DNA from: a virus
IMG/VR virus record: IMGVR_UViG_3300033148_003591
Location: 37,996-101,995 of that record
Direction: 5' to 3' (one strand)
Length of the DNA: 64,000 nucleotides
The translations under genes and the position numbers were made by a program. The notes under the pieces were generated by a model. That model had not been told where the DNA came from and searched no databases. It was given only the letters and a program-made list of their open reading frames with translations. Shown here piece by piece: positions 1 through 10,138 of the stretch. How positions within the stretch are numbered: position 1 is the stretch's first letter; the number at the start of each line of letters is the position of its first letter.

Positions 1-2
1 GA

Positions 3-2303
3 ATGGTGGATTATCCATTAATTCATGTATTTAATAAATCTTCAGGAGCTTCTTTATACACAGCTAATATTGGTAATGGTTCTCAATATAAATTATCATC
101 AGATACTACCCATGCTTCAAGTATAGAGCATAGGCGTGCACAATTTGGGTGGGATAGTGCCAATAATATAATATATTCTTTGGCTCATGATACAAATGAA
201 ACAAGCGATAACGGAATAATTGCTTATTCTGTTGGAAATTCTGCTTTAACTTTTAACAAGTATTATTCACAATTAGATGGAAATCCCACAGGATTATTGC
301 CAAGTCCAGATGTTTTAACGGATAAAATATCTTTTATTAGAGGTGTACAATTTAATACTTTAAATAAAAGGTTATACATTCAATCTTATACAACGTTAAA
401 TAGTGGTGGTGGTCAAGATGAATATTATTATAGTGTATTGAATACTAATATGCATCAAGTATTAGAATATTATTCTAATATAGATTCTGTTACATATCTG
501 ACCAATTTTCCAGCAATAGATTCAGTTATCAACAAATTACTCTTTAGTACATCGGCTACATTTTTTGGTAATTATTGGCTTATTGAATCTACTGATGATA
601 AAGAATTAATTTTTCAAACAACATCCGGTAATTATTATTGGCATATTTTAACCACTGAATCATCAGACCAAAGAGTGTATTATAGAAAATCATCCAATGA
701 TTCTGATTGGACAGCTCAAGCTTATTTAACGAATAATTCAAAAGATACATATGTAAATTTAGGTTATTCCGATTCACGTTTAAAAGCATTTTGGGATAGA
801 TTAGGAGATTCTATATATGAATTAAGGTGGGATGAAGATTTAAGTGGTGAATTAAATATTACAGAATATGTTCAATCGGTTGAACGATTAATGACAATTG
901 AAAATGAAGCCAATAGTTGTGATATTGTATTAACAGATGGTAGTGGGTTATTTAATCCCACAAATTATAATTCATTGTATTATGATTATTTACAGGAAAA
1001 TAATATTATTAGAATTGAAAAAGGAAATAATGGTGAATATACTCCATATTTTTATGGATTTATTGGAGCTGGAGATTCTGATTATATTCGTGGTGATGGT
1101 ATATTTTATAGATTAACTGTATGGGATAAAAGTAAAAATTACTATAAAAATAAAGTTACTACAGGACTTTATCTCAATCAAACTGTTACCGCTATCGCTG
1201 AAGATATTGCCAGTACACATATGAATTTATCTGGTGGTGAATATGATTTTCCTACAGTTTCTACAATAATACCACAAGTCCAATTTATTGATGAAACGCC
1301 AATGGATATATTACGAAAAATATTTCAGATAGATAATTATTATCCTGATTTTGATGAAGAAGGATTATTAATAGCAACATTAATAAATTATGATGCGTCT
1401 GTTGATTTTACTTATTATAAAAATGGAACAGATACTGTTGCAGCCAATAAAGCTCCCGAAATGAATATTAATTCTGTGAATTTTTCTTGGGATGATAATG
1501 AATTAATAAATAAAGTAACTGTTATAGGTCAGGAAGAGGCAACCGGAGAAGAAGAATTTGCTGAAGAATTTATGGGATTTTTAAATGGTGTTGCGGGATG
1601 GTTTTCAAAACGAAATCAATTTGAATTTTATTATTCTACTGATAAACAATTAAAAGCCAATAAACCACGATTGGTTGTTCAGGACAGTTGTGGAAATCAA
1701 TTTTTTGGTGGTGGAGAATCATTAACAGTTGACGGTGGAGATTTATCGGTTGAACAAGACCATTGTATAGTAAATCAAAATGTGTCAAATTTACTAGCTG
1801 CTATTTTTACATTAATTTTTGTTGCAATGATTTGGTTAGCACTTTTTGGAGTTGGTATTGGAGCAGTTTGGGTTTATAATGGATTAGCATTAGTAGTTAG
1901 TTTGGGCTATACATTTTTAGGTCAAATAGGAAGTTATTATTATGAAATTTATGCACGACCTATTGGTGAACCAATTCCTGATTTAATTTATGCATCAACA
2001 CAGGATGATGATTTGATAGATAAATATAATGGTGAAAATGAACTTGAAATAGATAATCCGTTATTATCATCTTATGCTAAATGTAAAACTTTATCTGAAA
2101 ATGAGTTACAAAAAGCAAAATGGTTTCGGTATAATATTCGCTTAAATATTATGGCTAATTTGGCGATACAACCAGGTGATGTAATTGAATTATATAATTC
2201 TACATTTGGTTTGACACAAAAAATATATGTTAGAGAAATTAGTTCAACATATGCTCGTGGTAATTCAGATGTTGATGAAATAACTGGAGCACTTATAATT
2301 TAA
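3..2303 (+). CDS. Phage tail/baseplate hub-like structural protein (probably 5'-truncated by the window edge)
   Basis: Beta-rich N-terminus, then hub-like motifs (WDKSK..., 'NKVTVIG', C-terminal 'NLAIQPGDVIEL...IYVREIS'); lies upstream of spike-like and fibre-like genes. Confidence 0.6.
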   Translation: MVDYPLIHVFNKSSGASLYTANIGNGSQYKLSSDTTHASSIEHRRAQFGWDSANNIIYSLAHDTNETSDNGIIAYSVGNSALTFNKYYSQLDGNPTGLLPSPDVLTDKISFIRGVQFNTLNKRLYIQSYTTLNSGGGQDEYYYSVLNTNMHQVLEYYSNIDSVTYLTNFPAIDSVINKLLFSTSATFFGNYWLIESTDDKELIFQTTSGNYYWHILTTESSDQRVYYRKSSNDSDWTAQAYLTNNSKDTYVNLGYSDSRLKAFWDRLGDSIYELRWDEDLSGELNITEYVQSVERLMTIENEANSCDIVLTDGSGLFNPTNYNSLYYDYLQENNIIRIEKGNNGEYTPYFYGFIGAGDSDYIRGDGIFYRLTVWDKSKNYYKNKVTTGLYLNQTVTAIAEDIASTHMNLSGGEYDFPTVSTIIPQVQFIDETPMDILRKIFQIDNYYPDFDEEGLLIATLINYDASVDFTYYKNGTDTVAANKAPEMNINSVNFSWDDNELINKVTVIGQEEATGEEEFAEEFMGFLNGVAGWFSKRNQFEFYYSTDKQLKANKPRLVVQDSCGNQFFGGGESLTVDGGDLSVEQDHCIVNQNVSNLLAAIFTLIFVAMIWLALFGVGIGAVWVYNGLALVVSLGYTFLGQIGSYYYEIYARPIGEPIPDLIYASTQDDDLIDKYNGENELEIDNPLLSSYAKCKTLSENELQKAKWFRYNIRLNIMANLAIQPGDVIELYNSTFGLTQKIYVREISSTYARGNSDVDEITGALII

Positions 2304-2315
2304 GGAGAAAATAAG

Positions 2316-2660
2316 ATGGCAAGAATACGTAGACCATTGGGGTATAGAACTAGACAATTGTTAAAGTACCAAAAACAGACACTCACTGGAATTATTATAT
2401 ATGTCAATACAGATGATAATTGGTGTAATGTTGAACTTCCTTCTGGTGCAATAATTTATCGTGTTCCATTTAGAGCTTCAAACATACGCTACCGTAGATT
2501 GAAACAACCGGTCATTCTTTCGCAAACTGTCGGAAGTCGTTATAAATATGTTATAACCGATGCTGCTGAAAGAAAAGTTGTAAGTACAGTGTTTGCAGAT
2601 AAAGGTTTCTTTAAATGGAATGATGGCACAAAATGGAATGATTTTCATCAATGGAAATAA
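2316..2660 (+). CDS. Putative baseplate spike/OB-fold tail protein
   Basis: SD AAGGAG; 'TGIIIYVNTDDNWCNVELPSG' resembles a gpV-type OB fold; follows the hub-like gene. Confidence 0.35.
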   Translation: MARIRRPLGYRTRQLLKYQKQTLTGIIIYVNTDDNWCNVELPSGAIIYRVPFRASNIRYRRLKQPVILSQTVGSRYKYVITDAAERKVVSTVFADKGFFKWNDGTKWNDFHQWK

Positions 2661-2669
2661 GGAGAAATT

Positions 2670-2939
2670 ATGCCAATTTTAGTTTATAATAAAGATAAAA
2701 TATATAATCCACAAGCACAATGTAATGTTTTAAGACGAGCTATGAAAAAACAAATTCGTCTTAAATATGTAAAACGACCAATATGTATTCCAGCTTTAAA
2801 TATGTTACTGAGAATCCCAGGTATGAAATTTTTATATAAACTTACAATGATGAGTGGAATAACAGTTTTGAAATTATTGGCAAATAAAGAACAAAGAGAA
2901 TTTTTAAATATTAAAGAAGAAACATTATTACTAAAGTAA
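2670..2939 (+). CDS. Hypothetical basic protein
   Basis: SD AAGGAG, in the + strand operon. Confidence 0.6.
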   Translation: MPILVYNKDKIYNPQAQCNVLRRAMKKQIRLKYVKRPICIPALNMLLRIPGMKFLYKLTMMSGITVLKLLANKEQREFLNIKEETLLLK

Positions 2940-2951
2940 GGAGAAAATAAA

Positions 2952-3782
2952 ATGGCAGCTTTACCTTATACTATAAGTTCAGGACAAGACGCTGACGCAG
3001 AACCAGTTCAAGCGAATTTTGATGCAATAAATGGTCGTGTAAATTCAATTGAGGCTGTGATAGATAATATAGTTGTTGATGCTGATACCTATGGGAACGG
3101 AGTTTTTCCCGATGGATTAGCTGCATCCGAAGTAGGAACTGATTTAGTTTATAGTTCTGGAACAGCTATTGTTAGTCATATTACATATTATAAATCTACT
3201 ATTACAGTTGCATTTAGTGGTCAAGCAGCAGATACTTATTATGTTGAAATGGATTCAGCCGGAGATACAGCGTTATATACCTCTCATGATGCATCAAGAA
3301 CTAATCTGAACACAGTTGTTTGGAATGGTTCGAGTTTTGATAGTGTTACAACAGCAGACAGAAATGTATTGGCTACATATCAGGAAATAATAGATGCTAG
3401 AGATTCCGAAACAGATTTAGATGCAAGGCTTGACAAAATAGAAGATGGCACACGTAGAGAAGATAAAATAACTATACAAACATCATCTACATTAACATTG
3501 GATGATACACATAAAATAGTAAATTGTAATACTACATCAAATGCTATTGCGATTACTGTGCCATTAGCTAATTCTCACTTGGGGCGAAGTTATTTGGTGT
3601 ATGTAGGAACGGTCACATCTGCTTATGCCGTCACTTTGGCTAGAAGTAGTTCAGATGTGTTTATCTATCAAGGAGTGGAATATACTGGTATGACTATGGC
3701 TCACCACGATTTTGTGAACATTACTGCTGTTAATACTGGAATATGGTTGGTAGAAAATCAATACGGAGTTGCCTTTTCATAG
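2952..3782 (+). CDS. Putative tail fibre/baseplate protein
   Basis: SD AAGGAG; 'DAEPVQANFDAI' N-terminus, 'DAR..LDARLD' linker, beta-rich C-terminal domain ('NTTSNAIAITVP') typical of tail appendages. Confidence 0.55.
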   Translation: MAALPYTISSGQDADAEPVQANFDAINGRVNSIEAVIDNIVVDADTYGNGVFPDGLAASEVGTDLVYSSGTAIVSHITYYKSTITVAFSGQAADTYYVEMDSAGDTALYTSHDASRTNLNTVVWNGSSFDSVTTADRNVLATYQEIIDARDSETDLDARLDKIEDGTRREDKITIQTSSTLTLDDTHKIVNCNTTSNAIAITVPLANSHLGRSYLVYVGTVTSAYAVTLARSSSDVFIYQGVEYTGMTMAHHDFVNITAVNTGIWLVENQYGVAFS

Positions 3783-3836
3783 TAATATAAATTGTGTTAT
3801 TAGAAATATAGTGTAGTAGTTTATGAAAATAAACCC

Positions 3837-3864
3837 TTGACAAATCTAAATTATGTGGTATACT
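3837..3864 (+). promoter_or_regulatory. Sigma70-type promoter TTGACA-16 bp-TATACT with extended -10 TG
   Basis: CCC TTGACA AATCTAAATTATGTGG TATACT, then GGAGG RBS of the HNH gene at 3885. Confidence 0.8.
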
Positions 3865-3884
3865 TATAGTGGAGGGTTATAATC

Positions 3885-4652
3885 ATGAAAAGTAAGATAT
3901 GTACAAAATGTGGTAATGAAAAATTGTTGGATGAGTTTTCTCTCGATAAACGACGCCCAAATGGAAAAGGTTCTTGGTGTAAAGAATGCTGTAATATTCC
4001 GTCTAAAAAATATCGCCAAAAACATAAAAAAGAACGTAAAGAATATTATTTAGTACATAAAGAAGAAAATAAAGAAAAAGAAGCAACACGTCAGAAAAAA
4101 TGGTATAATGAACACAAAGAAGAAATAAAAATTAAAGGCAAAAAATATAGAAATAAGCATAAAGATGAAATGAAAAAACAAAAGAAAAAATATCGTGAAG
4201 ACCATAAAGAACAAATCGCTATTAAAGTTAAAAAATATCAACAGGAACATAAAGAAGAATTACGCAAACTGCGAAATAAACATTTAAAGAAAAGACGCAA
4301 AACAGACCTGCGGTTTAAAATAATAAGTAATTTAAGAGGATGTGTTAGACAAACAATCAAAGACAGCACAAAAACTCTGTCCACAATGTTTCTAATAGGT
4401 TGTGAAATTGACTACTTATTGTTTCATTTACAAAGTCAGTTTAAAGAAGGAATGTCGTGGGATAATTATGGGCGTGGTGATAATGGTCTAAAAGAATGGC
4501 ACATAGACCATCGTAGACCATGCGCCAGTTTTGATTTAAGCAAACCAGCAGAACAACAGAAATGCTTTAACTACAAAAATTTACAACCTCTTTGGGCAAA
4601 AGATAATTTATCCAAAGGTGCTAAGTGGAATATTAAGGATTCTGAGAATTAA
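3885..4652 (+). CDS. HNH homing endonuclease (Zn-finger N-terminus, endonuclease VII-like C-terminus)
   Basis: KICTKC...WCKEC, long basic helix, 'WHIDHRRPC...NYKNLQPLWAKDNLSK'; paralog of 23308. Confidence 0.8.
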   Translation: MKSKICTKCGNEKLLDEFSLDKRRPNGKGSWCKECCNIPSKKYRQKHKKERKEYYLVHKEENKEKEATRQKKWYNEHKEEIKIKGKKYRNKHKDEMKKQKKKYREDHKEQIAIKVKKYQQEHKEELRKLRNKHLKKRRKTDLRFKIISNLRGCVRQTIKDSTKTLSTMFLIGCEIDYLLFHLQSQFKEGMSWDNYGRGDNGLKEWHIDHRRPCASFDLSKPAEQQKCFNYKNLQPLWAKDNLSKGAKWNIKDSEN

Positions 4653-5355
4653 GTTTTGTTCTTATGTAACTTCTCAATTTTTCTTGATTATAATTATATC
4701 CCTCAATTTTTCTAAGAAAAGATATAACACTTATTTTTTCAAATACATTAATTTGGCTGCTAGCAGATACATTATAGATTTTCAATGACTTTTCTGTAGT
4801 ATACGGCAAAAAAAGTTTATTCAAATCTGTATTTACATAGTAATCACGGTATCCACTTCCACGATGCATTGTGCTATAATAATGTGTATTACCTGTTTTA
4901 TTTGCATCAAACCCCAATAAATAAATACTTCCACTAAAATCTAACAAATAGCACGCCAAACTTAATGCTAAATGACCAGTGAGTGCATGGCAGTAGAAGC
5001 CTTTTACGAGACTTTTATCACGAAACCATGTGTGACTGTGTGCCTTTATAAAAACCGTGTTTAAAAGTTGGTTTTCTAGCGATTGTGTGGTATTTAAAGC
5101 GATAATAAGGGGTAATTTTGATAGATTTTCACGGTGAACCGGATTAAACTTGTTCCAGAGCTGAACCGTTGGGTCAAAATCAACCTTACCTTGATAAAAT
5201 TCACCATCTGCACACACTAATGCTGTTGGTGTAATATCTTTATATGAGTGATTACAAGCTAATGTGAATTTAGTAGATAGTGTTTGCCAGATATTTTGTG
5301 GGAACTTAGATAGACTATTTCCGCCACCGATGATTATAAGCTGTTTGGGGTTCAT
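4633..5355 (-). CDS. Maf/DUF115 (MptE-like) family protein, putative glycosyltransferase
   Basis: 'IIIGGGNSL', 'LACN', 'IYLLGFD', 'THYY', 'KIYNVS' pattern. Confidence 0.6.
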   Translation of the reverse strand: MNPKQLIIIGGGNSLSKFPQNIWQTLSTKFTLACNHSYKDITPTALVCADGEFYQGKVDFDPTVQLWNKFNPVHRENLSKLPLIIALNTTQSLENQLLNTVFIKAHSHTWFRDKSLVKGFYCHALTGHLALSLACYLLDFSGSIYLLGFDANKTGNTHYYSTMHRGSGYRDYYVNTDLNKLFLPYTTEKSLKIYNVSASSQINVFEKISVISFLRKIEGYNYNQEKLRSYIRTKLNSQNP

Positions 5356-5948
5356 AATAATTTACCCCATTGAGTAGCCATAGCTTTAGCTATTCCAGGA
5401 AAAGTTTTACTTCTATTTATCTGTCTGTTTTTTCCACCTTTATTAAACCAATTTCCAGCAAGTTTGGTTGATTCAATTTTTTCAACTATATTGGTGGGTT
5501 TTAATAGCGGAAGATTTTTTAACCATAAACAAGTTCTTTTTGAATATGGATGACCATGTTCAAAGGGTTGTATTATTTGAGTATATTTTGGTAAACCGAA
5601 TATTCTACTTGGTATTGGATTTTCGATACAAATTTTTTTGATATTTGCATTTAATAATTTTATAAAAAATTTAACAGATTTATCACCAAATCGTTTTCTT
5701 TTTAAATTTAATTTTCCTTTTGGATAAAGATGTCTTGCACCTGCGTTACTAATGTATGTACACGGAGGATGTGCTATCATCATATCCCACCCTTTATCTA
5801 GTTGTTCTAAAACATTTCCTAAAATATGCCATTCAGGATGTCCTCCTGAACAAGGAAGTATATCACAAGAGTATGCTTCTATTCCTAATTTCCGCATTTC
5901 TATTGTTACTACTTGGGATTCTTCACATGCTATTAAAATTCTGCTCAT
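5352..5948 (-). CDS. Phage DNA cytosine methyltransferase-like protein
   Basis: 'ILIACEES', 'AHPPCTY' (catalytic PC), 'IENP', 'RSKTFPGIAKAMATQWG'. Confidence 0.7.
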   Translation of the reverse strand: MSRILIACEESQVVTIEMRKLGIEAYSCDILPCSGGHPEWHILGNVLEQLDKGWDMMIAHPPCTYISNAGARHLYPKGKLNLKRKRFGDKSVKFFIKLLNANIKKICIENPIPSRIFGLPKYTQIIQPFEHGHPYSKRTCLWLKNLPLLKPTNIVEKIESTKLAGNWFNKGGKNRQINRSKTFPGIAKAMATQWGKLL

Positions 5949-6118
5949 GATTCACCTACATTTATAGCTAAATATTTAATATTATCAGAATGTTTGAAAA
6001 TTATTTTCTTCTTTAAATCTATAGCCATTTGTCTTGCTTCTTCTTCATTTTTTGCATCTATTGTAATATCACCTTCGGCTATTACCTTAAAAACGTGAAC
6101 ATGAAATTTTTTACTCAT
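5945..6118 (-). CDS. Small hypothetical protein (57 aa, MSKKFHVHVF...)
   Basis: SD AAGGAG; ATGA overlap with the next gene; not in the ORF track. Confidence 0.55.
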   Translation of the reverse strand: MSKKFHVHVFKVIAEGDITIDAKNEEEARQMAIDLKKKIIFKHSDNIKYLAINVGES

Positions 6119-6140
6119 CTTTTCTCCTTGTATGTTTATA

Positions 6141-6524
6141 TTAAATGTCCTCCTCTTTATAAGAAGTTATTTTAGTACCCCATTTATATTCTAAAATTTT
6201 AAATTGTTTTTTAATGGCAAATTCCTCGGCTCTTTGTTTTAAAAGTTTTAACTGGTCGGTTGAAGGTTTTTCATAGAAAAAAATATCAAGACTATTACTA
6301 TCATTAGTATTAAGAGAAACAGGTCTATTACATCCATGTTCATCGGGTACATAAGGATTGACTATTTCTTCAAAGATATCCTCGAATTTATTAATGAAAT
6401 CTTCAGCTTGGTTTTTACCTACTTCACAATCTCCGTATTTACCAGTACAATAAGCACATAGTTCTCTTTCAAAATTACCAGCATAGGAATCCGTTTTAAT
6501 TGTTAAATAATATTCTTTATCCAT
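6141..6524 (-). CDS. Hypothetical phage protein
   Basis: SD GAGGAG, 127 aa. Confidence 0.6.
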   Translation of the reverse strand: MDKEYYLTIKTDSYAGNFERELCAYCTGKYGDCEVGKNQAEDFINKFEDIFEEIVNPYVPDEHGCNRPVSLNTNDSNSLDIFFYEKPSTDQLKLLKQRAEEFAIKKQFKILEYKWGTKITSYKEEDI

Positions 6525-6537
6525 TTTGTTATCTCCT

Positions 6538-6822
6538 CTATTTTTTACTTATAAATATGTTTACATCTTTAGGGCGGAAATCAGTTATCAATTCTCCTTG
6601 TGGAGTTTCAAGTCTACTATGAATTACACCGTTGACAGCAGCCCGTAATGTGATATTTAAATCACCAAAGACTTTTCCTTCTACTGCATCATATCTAATA
6701 TTTGTAATTTTACTTATTGATGATTTTAAGGTTTTATTCTTTTTTGCAAATTCTTTTAAACAATCATCTGTGAACTGTGTTTGACCATTATTTTTTGATA
6801 ATAACACCACTGTAGCTATCAT
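6538..6822 (-). CDS. Hypothetical protein
   Basis: SD AAGGAG. Confidence 0.55.
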   Translation of the reverse strand: MIATVVLLSKNNGQTQFTDDCLKEFAKKNKTLKSSISKITNIRYDAVEGKVFGDLNITLRAAVNGVIHSRLETPQGELITDFRPKDVNIFISKK

Positions 6823-6836
6823 ATTATTCTCCTTTA

Positions 6837-7172
6837 TTAAAATTTTTCATATTTATTTCCACAGTATTCCCAATCAGACCAATTTATATCAATCAAATGT
6901 TCATCACCCAAAAAGAAACTTCCTTGTTCCCATTCTATAGTTTTAATAACGTCATAATCACTAAGCCATCTAAATTGGTCTCCATTATAAATCTCTCTAT
7001 TATCTTTATCATTAACAGTAGTATATTGTAGTAAAGTAGTAATACCATTTGGTCTATAACTCCATCTTTCTCCAACAACTTCCCATTTAATATCGCCAGA
7101 TTCAGGCAGAATACCAACATTATATTGCATTCCTACTGTGTTGTTTGTATAGGCATTAAATTTTAGTTTCAT
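6837..7172 (-). CDS. YopX-family phage protein
   Basis: 'KLKFNAY', 'LLQYT...DKDNREIYNGD', 'GNKYE' match the YopX pattern. Confidence 0.65.
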   Translation of the reverse strand: MKLKFNAYTNNTVGMQYNVGILPESGDIKWEVVGERWSYRPNGITTLLQYTTVNDKDNREIYNGDQFRWLSDYDVIKTIEWEQGSFFLGDEHLIDINWSDWEYCGNKYEKF

Positions 7173-7951
7173 TAAAAGCTCCTATAGTTATATTGAATCC
7201 ATCCTTCACGATTATCAACCATACCATTTATCTTACGCATCTTTTGGACAAATTCACTATACAATCTATTACGCATTTGTTTATATTCATCTGGCTTATC
7301 ATCTATGTAGTCTGCACTAATTTTATCTGTATAGTAAACTTCTACATTGTTTTCTTTTAATTGGTTGAAAAACGTCTCATGTTCACATAATTTTAATTCA
7401 TTATTCCAGGGATATTTTATTAATAATGCTGTAGGAGCTATAAAGAAATTTTTTACTATATCACACCGCTTATATTGTATTCCAGAAACTATTTCAAGGT
7501 CTCTGCATGGTCTATCTAAAATAAACTTACCCAATTCACGGTCTAACGTCATATCGTACTCAAATGGCTGTCTGTTGGCTAATTTCAGCCCAACAATAGC
7601 GTTATTATTTCTGGTTTTTATAAAATCAATAATAGGCTCAAAATTATACTTATCAGTAAATGCTATACTGTCTGCTGAAATAAGGCAGTATTTAATGCCC
7701 ATTTCGTGAGCTTTTTGAACTAAAAAGTTACGGGAGAAACTTAAACCACAGTCGTGAGGTAATCTATAAGCCAATGTTCGTTCATGTTGTAAACATTCTT
7801 TATAATATCCACAAGAGCATTTCATTAATGTATTTTGGTCGCCAATTAAAAGATAATAGTTATCTTTCATATTTTTAATAATAGAGGTTGTTGTTTTATA
7901 CACTAATTCATTTCTTAAAAATGTAGTATAAATTATAGCGATTTTTTCCAT
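7172..7951 (-). CDS. Glycosyltransferase family 2 (GT-A)
   Basis: 'IAIIYTTFLR', 'LLIGDQ', 'DCGLSFSRN', 'WNNELKLCEHETFF'. Confidence 0.7.
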   Translation of the reverse strand: MEKIAIIYTTFLRNELVYKTTTSIIKNMKDNYYLLIGDQNTLMKCSCGYYKECLQHERTLAYRLPHDCGLSFSRNFLVQKAHEMGIKYCLISADSIAFTDKYNFEPIIDFIKTRNNNAIVGLKLANRQPFEYDMTLDRELGKFILDRPCRDLEIVSGIQYKRCDIVKNFFIAPTALLIKYPWNNELKLCEHETFFNQLKENNVEVYYTDKISADYIDDKPDEYKQMRNRLYSEFVQKMRKINGMVDNREGWIQYNYRSF

Positions 7952-8352
7952 ATCTTAAACTCCTCTAATGCTCGTTTGAAAGCTTCTCCATACCATCTTT
8001 TATTAGATTTAATTACTTTTTTTGTCCATTTTAAACTAAAGTCTGTTCTGAAATATTTGTATATAGTTTTTAAAGCAAACAATTGTGCTTTATATTCACT
8101 TATTAACCTCTTGCTATGCATATATTTAACATGACCCAATTCATGAGCAGCGATTTCAACTATTTCCTTCGTATTACAATCGGCTAAATAATCAGGATGA
8201 TAACTGATAGTATAATTATTTAATTTTTTCTTCCAAGAACACCAAGCAGTGTATTTTCTTAATTTATAAGGTTTAACTATTGGTCTTTTTATCTTTTCAT
8301 ATTTGCAAATTAATATAATTATAGATATAAAAAGATATATTTTATCTTTCAT
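7933..8352 (-). CDS. HExxH zinc metallopeptidase-like protein (ImmA/SprT-like)
   Basis: 'AAHELGH...EYKAQ'; start moved to MKDKIY (ATGA overlap). Confidence 0.55.
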   Translation of the reverse strand: MKDKIYLFISIIILICKYEKIKRPIVKPYKLRKYTAWCSWKKKLNNYTISYHPDYLADCNTKEIVEIAAHELGHVKYMHSKRLISEYKAQLFALKTIYKYFRTDFSLKWTKKVIKSNKRWYGEAFKRALEEFKIWKKSL

Positions 8353-8531
8353 GAAAATATCCTCAATAAAAGTATGCACAAATAAAATCCACATGGAATA
8401 CTTATTATTAAAATAGCCGTTATTTTACATGCTTCATTTATAGTTTTACTTATATAGTTATCTGGAAATTTAGTTTTTAAATTAGCCACATCTTCTATAA
8501 ATCCTTTATAGCTAGTCATTATTTTCTCCTT

Positions 8532-8711
8532 TTATTTTTCCACCAATCTATTTACAATCGTTACAGGTAAACTAAATTGTTCTAATGCATTATTATTTTT
8601 AAAAATTTGAATGTTATAACCTCGTTCTGATACTATTGGATATACTTTTAATCTTATTTTACTTGGTTCAGGAAAAGCTCTATTCAAAATTTCTTCTAAT
8701 TTTGTGTGCAT
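8532..8711 (-). CDS. Small hypothetical protein, paralog of 9097-9312
   Basis: MHTKLEEILNRAFP vs RKLEIILNRAFP; translated by hand. Confidence 0.6.
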   Translation of the reverse strand: MHTKLEEILNRAFPEPSKIRLKVYPIVSERGYNIQIFKNNNALEQFSLPVTIVNRLVEK

Positions 8712-8714
8712 AGT

Positions 8715-9047
8715 TTATTTCCCCACTCCTATTTTAATTATAACAAACCCAATTAGACACATCGTTAATCCTACCCACTGTAAACAATTAAAACTTTTAC
8801 ATGCACCCATTTTAATTAACGCCCCTGTAAAAGCTGTAAACATTATTAAATCATACAATAACGCATCAAACATCATATTCTTAGTTACTTTGGCTACAAT
8901 TGTCCATAATGGAATACAACCAGCAATCCACAACATAGTAAAATATCTCCAGTGAGATGCCGGAGCATTAACTTTTTGTGACAACCATGCTTGCCATATA
9001 TACATTACTATAACTGCTGGTATCCACCATAGATAGTGATAATTCAT
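8715..9047 (-). CDS. Small multi-pass membrane protein
   Basis: About 4 hydrophobic helices; promoter and SD directly upstream. Confidence 0.6.
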   Translation of the reverse strand: MNYHYLWWIPAVIVMYIWQAWLSQKVNAPASHWRYFTMLWIAGCIPLWTIVAKVTKNMMFDALLYDLIMFTAFTGALIKMGACKSFNCLQWVGLTMCLIGFVIIKIGVGK

Positions 9048-9065
9048 ATGTTTCTCCTTACTATA

Positions 9066-9093
9066 AGTATACCATACATTTGTATTTTGTCAA
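9066..9093 (-). promoter_or_regulatory. Sigma70-type promoter TTGACA-16 bp-TATACT
   Basis: Reverse complement: GCCC TTGACA AAATACAAATGTATGG TATACT TATAGTAAGGAG. Confidence 0.8.
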
Positions 9094-9096
9094 GGG

Positions 9097-9312
9097 CTAG
9101 ATATCATTTTCTTCGTCTAGTTCAATCATTTTAGTTGCGCATGTTTCATTAATACTGAAATCGTCTTGAAATTCGTCACCTTTGAATATCTCCACAATAT
9201 AGGCTTCATCTGATACATCATATCGAACATTCATTACAATTCCGCTTTCAATAGGAAATGCTCTATTTAAAATAATTTCTAATTTTCTACCTGTGGTCAT
9301 TTTATTCTCCAA
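9097..9312 (-). CDS. Small hypothetical protein
   Basis: ORF; paralog of 8532-8711. Confidence 0.55.
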   Translation of the reverse strand: MENKMTTGRKLEIILNRAFPIESGIVMNVRYDVSDEAYIVEIFKGDEFQDDFSINETCATKMIELDEENDI

Positions 9313-10138
9313 TCCTTTCTAAAAAATGGCAAGTGTTACATGGATATGATTTTTTACCATTTTTACTAACCGATTTTCTAAATTTATTAGCCTTTTTATT
9401 ATTAAAAATACTGAATATAGTTTCATTTTTATCTGTTAATTCACCCAAAATAAATTGTTCATGTTCTTTCCAATCACTTCTTAAATTACAGCACGGCATA
9501 ACAGAGCCATTATAGTCAATGTAAATACCATTAGTGGGTATAAAACATGGTGCAATTCTGTGTGGGGGTTTATTTAATGCTTTTAATATTCCTCCTCTAT
9601 TTGAACCAACATTTTTAAAATTTCTATAATATATTAATATTTCCATATCATTAAAATTAGTATCTTTTTGAATAAGTTCACTATTTATTTTATGACTATT
9701 AGGCTTCAATTTTAGTTCGGCAAGCTTATCACCAATCATGTCTAATACTTTTTCTTGTTTATCAGTATATATTTGAATATTTAAACTCCTTAATCCGTTG
9801 TCGTATAATTTAGAAATTTTATTTGCTGTTAAAAAATCGCCATTAGTATTAAAGTGTAATGTTGCATTTGGAAGATTTATTTTTGCATAATTTAATCTAT
9901 TATAAATTATATCATCTGCTAAAGGTTCATTATACCTAGAATATGTTATTATTTTATTATAGTTTATTTCTTTTAAATTAGCGATTATTTTATTATATGT
10001 ACAAGTATTCATAAATATATTTTTAGAATTTCTATCAATTATTGAATTAGGACAATGCCAGCACTGTCTATTACAATAAGAAAATGTTTCTATTTCTATT
10101 AAGTTTACAAGTTTTTTAAATCGTTTCATATTATTCAT
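9302..10138 (-). CDS. Radical SAM protein with SPASM/twitch domain
   Basis: CNRQCWHC, 'YNEPL', 'TNG', C-terminal 'PC...YIDYNGSVMPCC...PCNTC'. Confidence 0.85.
   Translation of the reverse strand: MNNMKRFKKLVNLIEIETFSYCNRQCWHCPNSIIDRNSKNIFMNTCTYNKIIANLKEINYNKIITYSRYNEPLADDIIYNRLNYAKINLPNATLHFNTNGDFLTANKISKLYDNGLRSLNIQIYTDKQEKVLDMIGDKLAELKLKPNSHKINSELIQKDTNFNDMEILIYYRNFKNVGSNRGGILKALNKPPHRIAPCFIPTNGIYIDYNGSVMPCCNLRSDWKEHEQFILGELTDKNETIFSIFNNKKANKFRKSVSKNGKKSYPCNTCHFLERIGE

Noticed and set aside
4633-4652. Intrinsic terminator at the convergence of the two transcription blocks
   Set aside because: The genes overlap by 20 bp and no GC-rich hairpin with U-tract is visible
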